A stretch of 51,005 nucleotides of DNA from Candidatus Omnitrophota bacterium. GTDB taxonomy: Bacteria > Omnitrophota > Omnitrophia > Omnitrophales > Aquincolibacteriaceae. The notes beneath the pieces were generated by a model. It saw only the letters and a program-made list of their open reading frames with translations. It did no database searches and was not told the DNA's origin. A program made the translations under genes and the position numbers. The stretch is taken from contig JAZDJU010000114.1 of NCBI GenBank assembly GCA_043803685.1, positions 1 to 51,005 of the forward strand, written 5' to 3'. Below, one piece after another: positions 1-10,024 of this stretch; within the stretch, counting starts at the first letter, position 1, and each line of letters starts with the position of its first letter.

Positions 1-40
1 GACCATCGACATCAAGAGCCAGATATTGTATCTTCTCCAT
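1..40 (-). CDS. 5' fragment of a probable HAD-superfamily hydrolase (runs off window)
   Basis: Minus strand reads MEKIQYLALDVDG, a HAD motif I (DxDG) after a hydrophobic strand; GGGAGGGG SD-like sequence upstream. Confidence 0.55.
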   Translation of the reverse strand, partial: MEKIQYLALDVDG

Positions 41-294
41 GGGTGACCCCTCCCTGATGTTTTAGTGTTTCTGATTTTACATCAGAACACTATGAGGTAA
101 AGCCCTCGGTTAAGGGAGGCGGTCATCCATAACTATCTTTCGCAAAGGGGGATTCCATGGCAGGGACCCTTCCAACAAGAATTTATCGAACGCCATACTC
201 GACAAGAAATTGTTCCGGAGAGAGCTCCTTGCATGAAAAACGGCCTTGGGAGGAACCGCGCTCCGAAGAACTGCTGGGGCAGGAAGAGAAAAGG

Positions 295-672
295 CTAAGC
301 GCCTTCTGAGGCTTGAAAGATGTCTGCGATGCTTTTGATGAGAGCGGCCATATTGTCCCCTTTGACGAAATACCCCGCAATCCCTTCAAACTGGAAAAGA
401 GCCCGCATTGTCTCGTAGCCGGTCAGGATCATAACAGGTATTTTTTGGATGAGTCCGTTGGCCTTGAGCCGTCTCACGAAAGTGAACCCGTCCAAATCGG
501 GCATCTTGATGTCCAGAAGGATCAGGTCCGGTTTCTCGTCCAGAACCTTTTGGAATCCCTCTTCCCCCTCATTGGAGACCACCACGTGATAGCCCTTGGC
601 TTCCAGCTGAAAACCCAACAGCTTCGTAAAATCCTTATCGTCATCAATAACCAGTATTTTTTTCGACGCCAT
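295..672 (-). CDS. Single-domain CheY-like response regulator receiver
   Basis: KILVIDDD, PDLILLDIKMPDLDG (phospho-Asp), PVMILTG, FVKG; start taken at MASKK. Confidence 0.9.
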   Translation of the reverse strand: MASKKILVIDDDKDFTKLLGFQLEAKGYHVVVSNEGEEGFQKVLDEKPDLILLDIKMPDLDGFTFVRRLKANGLIQKIPVMILTGYETMRALFQFEGIAGYFVKGDNMAALIKSIADIFQASEGA

Positions 673-790
673 ACCTTCTCCCGTTTTCAACCGACTCCCG
701 AAGGGCCGGCTTCACTTCTTTTTCGACTTGATGGGCACTTTGATTTAGCACATCTTTTCATCCCCAGCGCCCGCCTCTAAAATCCGAGGG

Positions 791-2038
791 TCAGGCAGGT
801 TCCGGAACTTTGGATCTCTTGAGAAACCCAGGCCCTCCGAAAACCCGGGCAAGCAACATGGAAACTGCGGTATCACCCGTCGAATTGACCATCGTCGCCG
901 GAGGATCCACCAAAGTGCCCACCATGGAAATAAGAGGCAACGCCTCTGGGGGAAAACCGTAAAGTGTGACGATCAAAAGCTCCCCTAAAAAGCCACCGCC
1001 CGGAATACCGCTCATGACCATCCCGCTCAAGATCGCGATGCCGATCGCGGTCGCGATCGTGCCGAGACCGGTAAATGGCATTCCAAACAAAGAGAAAAGG
1101 AGGGCTATCTTCAGGATCGCCGCCATACAGGTACCATCCATATGGATCGTCGCGCCGATCGGGATCACGATACGGCTGATGTCCCTGGGAACACCGATCT
1201 TATCCGCGGCTTCAAGGTTCGCAGGAACGGTCGCAAGACTGCTTCCGGTTCCCCACGCGGTCAGCGCGGGCGTCAGAATATTCCCCCAAAAGCGTCTGAA
1301 CCCCTCGCGTCCTCCGGCAAGAAAAGTGAAGAGGGAAAATCCGATAAAAAAATAAAGGATCGCGAGAGGATAATAGACCGCCACCACGCGAAGATAAGAA
1401 CCCAGAAGGCTCGCCCCAAGGGTCCCCACCAGATAAGCAAAGTAAGCGCCAAGACCTGCCGGCGCCAGGAACATAATGAGGTGGATCACTTTCATCATCA
1501 CTTTATTCCCGGAAGCCAGAAAATGAACGAACGGTTTTCCGTCCTCCTTGGCGAGAGACGCCGCGAGCCCGACCAGCACCGCGAAGACGATCAAAGCGAG
1601 CATGTTCTGTTTTGAAAGAAGATGGACAAAGTCCGGCACGGTGAAAGCTTTAAGGATCTCCCCGAACGTCTTGGTTTGCGCGATCTCCGCGGGTAAACTC
1701 ATAGCGGGATGATCGGCCATGGCCGGCGGAAAAACTGTCACTCCGAGGACCATCAAAAGCGACGAAACAACCCCAGTCCCGACAAAGATCAAGATCATTC
1801 CGCCCATGATCTTTCCGAGCCGACGGAGGTCGGACATCTCCGCGATCGCGGACGAGATCGAAAAAAAGACGAGCGGCACCACAGCCGTGAAAAGGAGGTT
1901 CAGGAAAATGTCGCCAAGGGGTTTGATGAACGCGACTTTTTCTTTAAAGAGGATCCCCAACACCGCTCCCAAAGCGATCGAGCAAAAAAGGATCAAAGAG
2001 AATGAATAGTTTTTCAGAAAACTTCTTTTTATTACCAT
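791..2038 (-). CDS. Dicarboxylate/amino acid:cation symporter (DAACS/SDF family)
   Basis: Multiple TM helices, IKPLGDIFLNLL, TGSSLATVP, IGATIHMDGT, TMVNSTGD; start at MVIKRS after GAGAAAGGG. Confidence 0.9.
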   Translation of the reverse strand: MVIKRSFLKNYSFSLILFCSIALGAVLGILFKEKVAFIKPLGDIFLNLLFTAVVPLVFFSISSAIAEMSDLRRLGKIMGGMILIFVGTGVVSSLLMVLGVTVFPPAMADHPAMSLPAEIAQTKTFGEILKAFTVPDFVHLLSKQNMLALIVFAVLVGLAASLAKEDGKPFVHFLASGNKVMMKVIHLIMFLAPAGLGAYFAYLVGTLGASLLGSYLRVVAVYYPLAILYFFIGFSLFTFLAGGREGFRRFWGNILTPALTAWGTGSSLATVPANLEAADKIGVPRDISRIVIPIGATIHMDGTCMAAILKIALLFSLFGMPFTGLGTIATAIGIAILSGMVMSGIPGGGFLGELLIVTLYGFPPEALPLISMVGTLVDPPATMVNSTGDTAVSMLLARVFGGPGFLKRSKVPEPA

Positions 2039-2059
2039 GAACCCTTTCTCTCTACCGTT

Positions 2060-2110
2060 CCACGAACCACGCACCACGTGAACCTTGGCCCGTGGAACGT
2101 GGCCCGCGGC
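2060..2110. repeat. Inverted heptamer-array hairpin (CCACG/CGTGG type)
   Basis: CCACGAA CCACGCA CCACGTG aac CTTGGCC CGTGGAA CGTGGCC. Confidence 0.8.
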
Positions 2111-2208
2111 GCTTCGCGCCGCACATTGTATTTGATTTCTCATTCAAAATCAGTAAGCTTCATCCGCCTATCCTTGTCTTGAATTCTTTTCTTAAAGGGT
2201 TGACAAGG

Positions 2209-2255
2209 ATGGCCCCAATTTCAACTTCGTTGAAATTGATAAGAATTGGGACCAT
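2209..2255 (+). repeat. ~41-nt dispersed hairpin repeat, copy 1
   Basis: GCCCCAATTTCAACTTCGTTGAAATTGATAAGAATTGGGAC; similar to 3604-3650 and to the reverse complement of 50317-50362. Confidence 0.7.
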
Positions 2256-3471
2256 GGAACAAAATAAACGGAAAGCTCTTCAACTCATCCTGCTCTTCGG
2301 CCTCGTAAGTCTTTTCGGGGACATTATTTACGAAGGAGCGCGTAGCGTCAACGGCCCCTATCTCAAGGTGCTCGGCGCCAATGCCCTCGTCGTCGGATTG
2401 ATCGCGGGGCTCGGCGAATTCATGGGCTATGGCATCCGTCTTTTGTCCGGATATTTTTCGGATAAAACGAAATCCTACTGGTTCTTCACGATCCTGGGTT
2501 ACGCCCTGCTGATCAGCGTTCCGCTCTTGGCGCTCACCGGATTCTGGAAGATCGCGGCCATTTTGATCGTCATGGAACGCATTGGAAAAGCGATCCGGAG
2601 CCCTGCCAAGGACACGATCCTTTCCCAAGCCACCAAACAGGTCGGCACCGGATTTGGGTTTGGCCTGAATGAAGCCATGGACCAGATCGGCGCGATCATC
2701 GGCCCCCTTCTTTTCACGGTCGCGTTCATGGGAACCACCCATGCCGAAAAAGGCCTTCGAGACTACCAGGCGGGCTATCACCTGCTCTGGCTGCCCTTCT
2801 TCTTTCTAATAGCTTGCGTTCTTTTTGCTTATTGGAAAACGCCGAACCCTGAAATACTCGAAACCACGATCAAAAAGAATGAGTCCGAAAAACTTCCGAA
2901 GATCTTCTGGCTTTACACCGCGTTCAGCTTCTTCGCGACCACGGGCTTCGTAAGTTTTGTCCTGATGGCCTATCATTTTAAATCCCAACACATTCTTTCC
3001 GATGCCCAGATCCCTTTTTTCTACGCGGTCGCCATGGGCGTGGACGGTGTCGCGGCGCTCGCGATCGGAAAGATCTATGACCGGATGAAGGAAAAACAAA
3101 AACATGAGTGGGCCGGGATCGGAACGCTTCTCATGATCCCCGTTCTCTCCGCCGTGATCCCATTCCTTTGTTTTACCACCGTTCCCTGGATCGTGATCCT
3201 GAGCATCGTCCTTTGGGGGATCGTCATGGCAGGGCATGAAACTATTATGAAATCCGCGATCGCGGACATCACACCCCTTAAGAAACGCGGCACCGGCTAT
3301 GGCATCTTGAATGTCGCCTACGGTCTTGCGATGCTCGTAGGCGGAGTCGTCATGGGCTTTCTTTACGACCGTTCCCTTCCCACGCTCATGATCGGCGTCG
3401 CGGTCCTGGAACTCGCCTCGCTGCCTTTTTTCTTCGCGATGAAAAAAGAAGTCTCCCGAAAAAAAGACTAA
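2254..3471 (+). CDS. MFS transporter
   Basis: ~12 TM segments, SGYFSDK loop, ERIGKAIRSPAKD, KRGTGYG; start at MEQNKR. Confidence 0.9.
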   Translation: MEQNKRKALQLILLFGLVSLFGDIIYEGARSVNGPYLKVLGANALVVGLIAGLGEFMGYGIRLLSGYFSDKTKSYWFFTILGYALLISVPLLALTGFWKIAAILIVMERIGKAIRSPAKDTILSQATKQVGTGFGFGLNEAMDQIGAIIGPLLFTVAFMGTTHAEKGLRDYQAGYHLLWLPFFFLIACVLFAYWKTPNPEILETTIKKNESEKLPKIFWLYTAFSFFATTGFVSFVLMAYHFKSQHILSDAQIPFFYAVAMGVDGVAALAIGKIYDRMKEKQKHEWAGIGTLLMIPVLSAVIPFLCFTTVPWIVILSIVLWGIVMAGHETIMKSAIADITPLKKRGTGYGILNVAYGLAMLVGGVVMGFLYDRSLPTLMIGVAVLELASLPFFFAMKKEVSRKKD

Positions 3472-3549
3472 TACTGTTCTCCATTTGATTTTAGGGGTTA
3501 ACAGTATTGTACCGCATACCCCTATAATTTCGAATGTGATCCGGTGCTA
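3469..3549. mobile_element. MITE-like double-hairpin element, copy 1
   Basis: TA-ATACTGTT..CATTTGA..AACAGTAT-T-GTACCGCAT..ATCCGGTGC-TA; homologous to 11188-11266. Confidence 0.55.
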
Positions 3550-3603
3550 AAGACAGAAGACTTGAGACTGCGCTGACTTTAATTTAAATTAAGGGTAGTC
3601 AGT

Positions 3604-3650
3604 GCTGCCCCAATCTCAACTTTGTTTCGATTGATAAGAATTGGGACTGC
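3604..3650 (+). repeat. ~41-nt dispersed hairpin repeat, copy 2
   Basis: GCCCCAATCTCAACTTTGTTTCGATTGATAAGAATTGGGAC. Confidence 0.7.
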
Positions 3651-3707
3651 GGCAAAAACAAAGTCCTCGAAGAATCCCTTGGCTGTGGTCTGTGGTCTCG
3701 ATTTGAG

Positions 3708-3716
3708 TGATATACT
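3708..3716 (+). promoter_or_regulatory. Extended -10 element (TGaTATACT), possible leaderless msrB-msrA transcript
   Basis: TATACT ends 6 nt before ATG 3723; no SD. Confidence 0.45.
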
Positions 3717-3722
3717 GTTCCC

Positions 3723-4805
3723 ATGCGAAACGTGATCCGTGGAGTACTCGCAGGCTTCATCATATTCGGACTTGGAACTCTCAACTTTCCGGAGGCCCTT
3801 GCCATGGCTGAAAAACCCAAGAAAAAAAGCCCCTTAGCCTCGGAACAATGCGCCCTTCCGCAAAGCGACGAAGCGCTCAGAAAACTCCTCACTCCCGAGC
3901 AATACGCGGTAATGCGCAAGAACGGCACCGAGGCCCCCTTCCGGAACGAGTATTGGAACAACCACAGACAAGGTCTCTACGTCGACCGGATCACGGGCGA
4001 GGCTCTTTTTAGTTCCACGGACAAATTCGATTCCGGAACCGGTTGGCCGAGTTTCACCCGGCCGATCGAAAGTTCGAGCATCCTGGAAAAAAATGACGCC
4101 GGCCTCGGCATGACCCGTATCGAGGCCCGCTCGAAAAAAGGCGACTCGCATCTCGGCCATGTTTTCCCCGATGGACCCAAACCCACAGGCCTGCGCTACT
4201 GCATTAATTCCGCTTCGCTCCGGTTCATTCCTCTCGAAAACATGGAAAAAGAAGGTTACGGCCGGTATTTGCCGCAATTCAAACAGGAAGCCAAAAAAGC
4301 CGCGACCGCCCCGAAAGAAACGACACAGGTCGCGACTTTCGCGGCCGGGTGTTTCTGGGGTGTGGAATACGCATTCCGAAAGATCCCGGGAGTGCTGAAA
4401 ACCACGGTGGGTTACACGGGAGGCCATACGGAAAGTCCGACTTACGAGCAGGTTTGTTCACACGCCACCGGTCATGCGGAAGCCGTGGAGGTGCAGTTTG
4501 ACCCCGCGAAGGTCTCTTATGAAAAACTTCTTGAGAGTTTTTGGGCGCTCCACGACCCCACCACGCTGAACCGTCAGGGACCGGATATCGGCGACCAGTA
4601 CCGCTCCGCGATCTTTTATCATTCTCCGGGACAAGAGCAAGCGGCAAAAGCTTTGAAGGAAAAACTGGAGAGATCCGGAAAGTTCAAGCGCCCGATCGTC
4701 ACCGAGATCGCGCCTGAGAAGGAATTTTATAAGGCCGAGGATTATCATCAGCAGTATTTCGAAAAGAGCGGCATGAAGCCGCAGTGTCACCTGCCGCGAG
4801 ATTAA
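3723..4805 (+). CDS. msrAB: Exported bifunctional methionine sulfoxide reductase, MsrB-MsrA order
   Basis: Signal peptide; MsrB motifs [23 protein letters not shown]; MsrA motifs [30 protein letters not shown]. Confidence 0.95.
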   Translation: MRNVIRGVLAGFIIFGLGTLNFPEALAMAEKPKKKSPLASEQCALPQSDEALRKLLTPEQYAVMRKNGTEAPFRNEYWNNHRQGLYVDRITGEALFSSTDKFDSGTGWPSFTRPIESSSILEKNDAGLGMTRIEARSKKGDSHLGHVFPDGPKPTGLRYCINSASLRFIPLENMEKEGYGRYLPQFKQEAKKAATAPKETTQVATFAAGCFWGVEYAFRKIPGVLKTTVGYTGGHTESPTYEQVCSHATGHAEAVEVQFDPAKVSYEKLLESFWALHDPTTLNRQGPDIGDQYRSAIFYHSPGQEQAAKALKEKLERSGKFKRPIVTEIAPEKEFYKAEDYHQQYFEKSGMKPQCHLPRD

Positions 4806-5006
4806 GAACCCGGCCTTCCGGGCATCCGATCGAGATCCCCGGAGATCTTGAGGTTTCCTTGTAGAGGGGCTTATCCCTAAAGATTTCCCGAAGAAATCCC
4901 TGCATCCGGAGGCAAGCTCAAGTATAATCACCAATCGTCGGGAAGGGCTCTGGGGCTATTCAGCCTCAGCTTTCTAATTTCTTTGTTTTCTTACTCTAGA
5001 GGTGTT

Positions 5007-5711
5007 ATGGCTATAAGCGGATGGTTCAAATTCAAGAAGATGAGGCTGCTCTTGGCCTGGGGCTCGATCCCCGTCCTGCTCCTCGCGTCCAACATGAGCG
5101 ACACAACCTTCCGCTGGGGCGCCGTCCTGTTGATCCTGGGAGAATTGATCCGTTTTTGGGCGCTTGGTTTCGTCGAGAAAAAAGGCAAAAAACTCGCCAT
5201 GAGCGGTCCTTACGCCTTCGTGCGCAATCCTCTTTACGTCGGTAATTTCTTTTTAGGGCTGGGCGTCGTTGTGATCGTCTGGAACTGGGTGATCCTGGCC
5301 CTTTTCCTCGTGGGTTTCCTGGGGATCTACACAGGGACCATCCGCGGCGAAGAAAAACATCTGCAGGCGATGTTCGGTAAACCTTACGAAGATTACTGTA
5401 AAAACGTGCCGTCCTTCCTTCCGAGACTCACGCCTTACGCGGTACCTGAAAAGGACTCCTTTCTCTGGAGCCGCATCATCAAGCATCACGAATACATCAC
5501 AGTAGCGGGCATTCTTCTCATGCTGACGTTGATCCATCTCTACGACGATCTTTTCCTCGCTAAAGAACCGCTGAGCGAGGAGATCCCGCTCATCATCATC
5601 GCGGTCGTCATCACCCTCGCGCTCGCGCTAGAACGGGTCTTCGTCAGCCGGCTTCACATCACGTTCTTTGAACGCCTGCGCGAGATCGATGTTCATAAGA
5701 AGAAGCGTTAA
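5007..5711 (+). CDS. Isoprenylcysteine carboxylmethyltransferase/PEMT-family membrane protein
   Basis: GPYAFVRNPLYVG, EEKHL..FGKPYEDYCKNVPSFLP; TM helices. Confidence 0.85.
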   Translation: MAISGWFKFKKMRLLLAWGSIPVLLLASNMSDTTFRWGAVLLILGELIRFWALGFVEKKGKKLAMSGPYAFVRNPLYVGNFFLGLGVVVIVWNWVILALFLVGFLGIYTGTIRGEEKHLQAMFGKPYEDYCKNVPSFLPRLTPYAVPEKDSFLWSRIIKHHEYITVAGILLMLTLIHLYDDLFLAKEPLSEEIPLIIIAVVITLALALERVFVSRLHITFFERLREIDVHKKKR

Positions 5712-5725
5712 GTATCTAACAAAAT

Positions 5726-5787
5726 GTCATTCCCGAATGCTTAAATCGGGAATCCATGTTCTGGATCCCCGCTTTCGCGGGGATGAC
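5726..5787. repeat. REP-like palindromic element (GTCATTCCC...GGGAATCC / GGATCCCCGC...GCGGGGATGAC)
   Basis: Two stem-loops in inverted arrangement bounded by GTCA...TGAC, just after a stop codon. Confidence 0.7.
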
Positions 5788-5860
5788 AAGCTTCTTTATG
5801 GCAGCAACTCTTAAAACTCTCCGTCCGATTCATTTTTCAGGGTGGCGCCTCAGGAAAAAG

Positions 5861-5890
5861 TTGACCCAACCAAGTCCGAGTCCCTATAAT
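5861..5890 (+). promoter_or_regulatory. Sigma70-type promoter for hss
   Basis: TTGACC-18nt-TATAAT. Confidence 0.6.
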
Positions 5891-5943
5891 CCCCCAAAGC
5901 TTTATTGCCTCTTCGAAAAAGATTTTCACGGGAGATCCTGATC

Positions 5944-7395
5944 ATGATGGAATTCAAGCAGAAAGTCCTCTGCATCGGCTTCGGCTCCGTAGGCAAATGC
6001 GCCCTGCCGATCCTCCTCGAGCATATCCGTATCCCTTACAAGAACATCACCGTGCTTGATTTCGCGGATAAACGCAAGGAACTCGCTCCCTGGATCAAAA
6101 AAGGCGTCCGGTACTCCCAGGAGAAGCTCAACCCCGTCAATGTCGCGCGCACGCTTTCCAAGTATGTATCCCGCGGCGGCATGATCATCGATCTTTCCTA
6201 TAACGTCGATTCGCTCGACATGCTTTCCTGGTGCCACGAGAACAAAGTGCTTTACGTGAACACCTCGGTCGAAGAATGGGACCCCTACGCCAACATCGAA
6301 AAAAAGACCCCTCTTGAGAAATCGCTTTATTTCAAGCAAATGGGCCTCCGCAAAATGACGGCAAAATGGGCCGATGATTCCACGACCGCCGTACTCGACC
6401 ATGGCGCCAATCCAGGGCTCATCAGTCATTTTACGAAGCAAGGGCTTCTCGACATTGCCGAAAAAGTGACCCGCGACAAGACCACCCCCAAAAAAGACCG
6501 GAAACCCCTGGAACATTTGATCCGTGAGGAAAAATTCCACCGGCTGGCCATGAAGCTCGGCGTCAAGACGATCCACATCAGCGAACGCGATACCCAGATC
6601 ACGGACCAACCCAAAGAGGTCGACGAATTCGTCGGCACCTGGTCGATCGAGGGACTCCGGGAAGAGGCGATCTCCCCCTCGGAAATAGGCTGGGGCACGC
6701 ATGAAAAGGAACTGCCTCCGCTCACCACGATCCCGGACTACGGCCCCCAGAACCAGATCTTCCTTTCCCAGATGGGGATGAATACCTGGGTCCGCTCCTG
6801 GGTCCCGAATTATGAGATCGTCGGGATGGTCATTCGCCACGGAGAAGCGTTCAGCATTTCCGAAAAACTCACGGTCTGGAAGAGTGGAAAACCTATCTAT
6901 CGCCCCACCGTCCATTACGTTTACATGCCGTGCAATGAGACCATGGCCTCGGTCCACGAGCTTCGCTGCCGCAACTACGAGCTTCAGCCCAAATGCCGCA
7001 TCATGTCGGATGAGATTATCAAAGGCGCGGACAGCCTGGGAGCGCTCATCATGGGGCACAAGTACAATGCCTGGTGGACCGGGAGCGTCCTGACGATCGG
7101 TGAAGCCCGCAAACTCGTGCCTCATCAGAACGCGACCACGATCCAGGTCGCGATCGGTGTGGTGGCTGCGGCGATGTGGATGATCGAACATCCCAATAAA
7201 GGCGTCTCGACCCCGGACGATCTTCCCCATAAAGAGATCCTCGCCACCGCGAAACCCTATCTCGGCACGTTCGTCTCGGAACCCTATGACTGGACCCCTT
7301 TTAAGAACTACCAGGTCTTCTTTCAGGAAAACCAGAGCTCCCACCTGGATAAGAAGAACCCCTGGTGCTTTAAGAATTTCGTATTTAAAGAATGA
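5944..7395 (+). CDS. hss: Homospermidine synthase
   Basis: IGFGSVG Rossmann motif, HGANPGLISHF, IHISERDTQ, TWSIEGL, GWGTHE, YRPTVHYVY, QNATTIQVA. Confidence 0.92.
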   Translation: MMEFKQKVLCIGFGSVGKCALPILLEHIRIPYKNITVLDFADKRKELAPWIKKGVRYSQEKLNPVNVARTLSKYVSRGGMIIDLSYNVDSLDMLSWCHENKVLYVNTSVEEWDPYANIEKKTPLEKSLYFKQMGLRKMTAKWADDSTTAVLDHGANPGLISHFTKQGLLDIAEKVTRDKTTPKKDRKPLEHLIREEKFHRLAMKLGVKTIHISERDTQITDQPKEVDEFVGTWSIEGLREEAISPSEIGWGTHEKELPPLTTIPDYGPQNQIFLSQMGMNTWVRSWVPNYEIVGMVIRHGEAFSISEKLTVWKSGKPIYRPTVHYVYMPCNETMASVHELRCRNYELQPKCRIMSDEIIKGADSLGALIMGHKYNAWWTGSVLTIGEARKLVPHQNATTIQVAIGVVAAAMWMIEHPNKGVSTPDDLPHKEILATAKPYLGTFVSEPYDWTPFKNYQVFFQENQSSHLDKKNPWCFKNFVFKE

Positions 7396-7403
7396 TGTCA
7401 TCT

Positions 7404-7469
7404 ATGAGGACTGAGCTATGAGCCATGAGAACCACTCAGTCCTCGGCCCTTAGTCCTCATGGCTTATGG
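7404..7469. repeat. Inverted heptamer-array hairpin (TGAG/CTCA type)
   Basis: ATGAGGA CTGAGCT ATGAGCC ATGAGAA cca CTCAGTC CTCGGCC CTTAGTC CTCATGG CTTATGG. Confidence 0.75.
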
Positions 7470-7501
7470 GTAATGATCGCTCACTTCTTTCGGAGTTTCC
7501 T

Positions 7502-7849
7502 ATGTTAAAAAAGAAAAAAGAACAAGACATCGAGAAACGCGAGAGCGTGCGCGGCGGCACGGGCACGGTCACCGTTCGTCATTATCTGAAACCTGAAGAG
7601 ATCAAAGCGCGAACGCGACTTTGCGCGGAACTGGTGCTTCTCCCGGGCGCAAGCATCGGCCTGCATGATCATGTGGACGAAGACGAGATCTACGTCATCC
7701 AAAGAGGCGAAGGTCTCATGAACGACGGCGGAAAAGAATTCGCCGTCGCGGCCGGAGACGCTATTCTTACAGGCCAAGGCTCTTCGCATTCTATTAAGAA
7801 TACCGGTACGGGCGATCTCGTCATCACCGCCGTCATCATTAAATACTGA
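7502..7849 (+). CDS. Cupin-domain protein
   Basis: [19 protein letters not shown] ... [18 protein letters not shown] cupin metal motifs. Confidence 0.9.
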   Translation: MLKKKKEQDIEKRESVRGGTGTVTVRHYLKPEEIKARTRLCAELVLLPGASIGLHDHVDEDEIYVIQRGEGLMNDGGKEFAVAAGDAILTGQGSSHSIKNTGTGDLVITAVIIKY

Positions 7850-7880
7850 TTTGAAATTTCAAATTTGAGATATTAGGACT

Positions 7881-8996
7881 ATGCATCCCCTTTTCCCTCA
7901 GGAAACGCTTCTCCCCGCCAGAGTCCTCTTTAAAAAGGAGGCTCTTTCCGATCTTGCCAAAGAGACCGTGGAGTTCGGCACCTCGGGGCTCGTGGTCCAC
8001 GGGGCTTCCCTTGAAAAAAACGGACTGAAAGAAAAGCTCGAGAGTGAACTCAAAGAGGCAGGCCTCTCCGTTGAATTTTTGTGCCGCCCGCAGGGGGAAC
8101 CAACCTTGGGCGAGATCAGCGCCGCGATCGCCAAAGGACGTTCCTCAAAGATCACATGGATCGCAGGTATCGGCGGCGGAAGTGTCTTGGACCTCGCCAA
8201 GGCCGCGGCTGGACTTTTTAATGCCGACGAGAAGCCGGTCTATTATCAGGAAGGGGGCTCGCTTAAGGAGCTCGGGATCCCGTTCATTGCAGTCCCGACG
8301 ACCGCGGGCAGTGGATCGGAAGTCTCACCCAATTCGGTGATCATCAACCCTGAAAAAAAGGTAAAACTTTCCATCCGCCACAACAGTTTTCTCGCGCGCA
8401 AGGTGATCCTCGACCCGGACCTTCTCAAGGGTTTGCCGTTCGCTGTCCTGTGCCATTCCGGAATGGACGCCTGGGTCCAGGCGTACGAATCGTTCATCTC
8501 GAAGAACGCGACCTGGTTCAGCGAGAACTTCGCGCTCAAGGCCATTCAACTGATCAGTCGTCACCTGGTCCCGGCGCTGAACGCGGGACGTGAGGAAGAC
8601 CTCCGCGGGCTCATGCTCGGAAGTTTCTTCTCCGGGCTCGCCTTTTCCCATTCACGCCTCGGCGTGATCCACGGCCTCGCGCATCCCCTGGGCGTGCTTT
8701 ATGATGTCCCCCACGGGCTTATTTGCTCGCTCCTTTTCGCGCCTTCCATCAAGCTCAACCTTGAGGCCATGGGCAACCAACGATACGCCATCATGAGCCA
8801 GGCCGCCGGAATGGACCTCCTCCAAAAAGTTCACGAACTCCAGAAAACGCTCAAGATCATCTCCCCTTTCAAAGGGAAACCCCTCCTGGAAAAAGAAAAA
8901 ATCATCCTGGAAACCCTCTCCTCCGGCTCCACCGCCGCCAATCCCAAGACCATCGCCCGCGAAGACGTCGAGTATCTTCTTCGTGAAATCTTTTAA
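7881..8996 (+). CDS. Iron-containing alcohol dehydrogenase family protein
   Basis: GIGGGSVLDLAK, AVPTTAGSGSE, ILDPDL, HGLAH, VPHG. Confidence 0.9.
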   Translation: MHPLFPQETLLPARVLFKKEALSDLAKETVEFGTSGLVVHGASLEKNGLKEKLESELKEAGLSVEFLCRPQGEPTLGEISAAIAKGRSSKITWIAGIGGGSVLDLAKAAAGLFNADEKPVYYQEGGSLKELGIPFIAVPTTAGSGSEVSPNSVIINPEKKVKLSIRHNSFLARKVILDPDLLKGLPFAVLCHSGMDAWVQAYESFISKNATWFSENFALKAIQLISRHLVPALNAGREEDLRGLMLGSFFSGLAFSHSRLGVIHGLAHPLGVLYDVPHGLICSLLFAPSIKLNLEAMGNQRYAIMSQAAGMDLLQKVHELQKTLKIISPFKGKPLLEKEKIILETLSSGSTAANPKTIAREDVEYLLREIF

Positions 8997-9005
8997 AAAA
9001 ATCTC

Positions 9006-9068
9006 GGGGAACGTTTAACGGGGGACGTCAAAACCTTTTCGTTCACCGTTTCCCGTTAACCGTTTTAC
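9006..9068. repeat. Inverted heptamer-array hairpin (AACG/CGTT type)
   Basis: GGGAACG TTTAACG GGGGACG ... CGTTCAC CGTTTCC CGTTAAC CGTTTTA. Confidence 0.75.
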
Positions 9069-9079
9069 GGCATAGAAAT

Positions 9080-9104
9080 AAAAAGGCGGTCGCCTTTTTT
9101 ATTT
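9080..9104. terminator. Probable bidirectional intrinsic terminator
   Basis: AAAAAGGC-GGTC-GCCTTTTTT. Confidence 0.5.
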
Positions 9105-9121
9105 CTATGCTAGCATGCCCC

Positions 9122-10024
9122 ATGCACGGAAAACCTTCTTTCAGCTATTGGATTCAGTACCTGGTCGTCCGTTTTTTGGCTCTGCTCTCGGCCACGCTCC
9201 CTGTAGAGGTTTCACACCAGGTCGCCTGCGGGTTCGGGACCTTGTCCTATTGGATCCTGGAAAAACGCAGGAGGATCGCCCTCGAGAATATCGCGCAGGC
9301 CCTCGGAAATTCCCTGCCGGAGAAGAGAAAAAAAGAGATCGCGCGCTCCGCGTTCCAGAGCGCCGCGCTTTCCATGATGGAGCTTTTCACGGTCGAAAGG
9401 ATCAAGAAGGAAGCTGAAAAACGTTTTAAACTTTTCGGGAACGAATTCCTGGAAGAAGCTTTTTTGAAAAAGCAGGGGGTCTTGCTAGCTATTTCCCACC
9501 TGGGGTCCTGGGAATATCTTTCCTTCCTTCCCTATTTCACCAAGCGCCCGTGGTCGGTCGTCGTCAAAGATATCAAGAATCCTTATCTCGACAAGGCGAT
9601 CGACATCATGCGCCGCGTCATGACCGTCAATCCGATCGCCAAAGATAGTTCGGTCCGGACCATCCTTCAGGAACTCAAGGCCGGCCATGGCCTCGCCATC
9701 CTGGTCGACCAATGGGCGGGAGATGAGGGGCTCTGGGTCGATTTTTTTAACACCAAGACCTCGACCACCTCGATCCCCGCCCGACTTTCCGAAAGAACAG
9801 GATGCGCGCTTCTCTCCGCGTATTGCCTTCGAAAAGCCCCCGGCTATTATGAGATCCATATCGAAAAACCCATGATCCATGATATGGAACAACCCGGTTG
9901 GGAAAGCACGGTCACCCAAGATCTCAACCAGGTCCTGGAACGCCAGATATTGGCACATCCTGAACAGTGGCTCTGGGGCCATCGCCGGTGGAAAAATAAG
10001 CCCTCCAATCTACGGACCCTTTAA
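9122..10024 (+). CDS. Lipid A late acyltransferase (LpxL/HtrB family)
   Basis: SHLGSWE, ILVDQ, VDFF, HPEQWLWGHRRWK; start could be 9107 or 9122. Confidence 0.88.
   Translation: MHGKPSFSYWIQYLVVRFLALLSATLPVEVSHQVACGFGTLSYWILEKRRRIALENIAQALGNSLPEKRKKEIARSAFQSAALSMMELFTVERIKKEAEKRFKLFGNEFLEEAFLKKQGVLLAISHLGSWEYLSFLPYFTKRPWSVVVKDIKNPYLDKAIDIMRRVMTVNPIAKDSSVRTILQELKAGHGLAILVDQWAGDEGLWVDFFNTKTSTTSIPARLSERTGCALLSAYCLRKAPGYYEIHIEKPMIHDMEQPGWESTVTQDLNQVLERQILAHPEQWLWGHRRWKNKPSNLRTL

Noticed and set aside
60..290. Possible riboswitch upstream of the HAD fragment
   Set aside because: Only weak hairpins, with no match to a riboswitch consensus I can support
4812..4913. Long imperfect inverted repeat after msrAB
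   Set aside because: Pairing is too weak and there is no second copy in the window
5926..7401. 491-aa antisense ORF over hss
   Set aside because: Shadow frame of a clearly conserved gene, with no recognisable motifs
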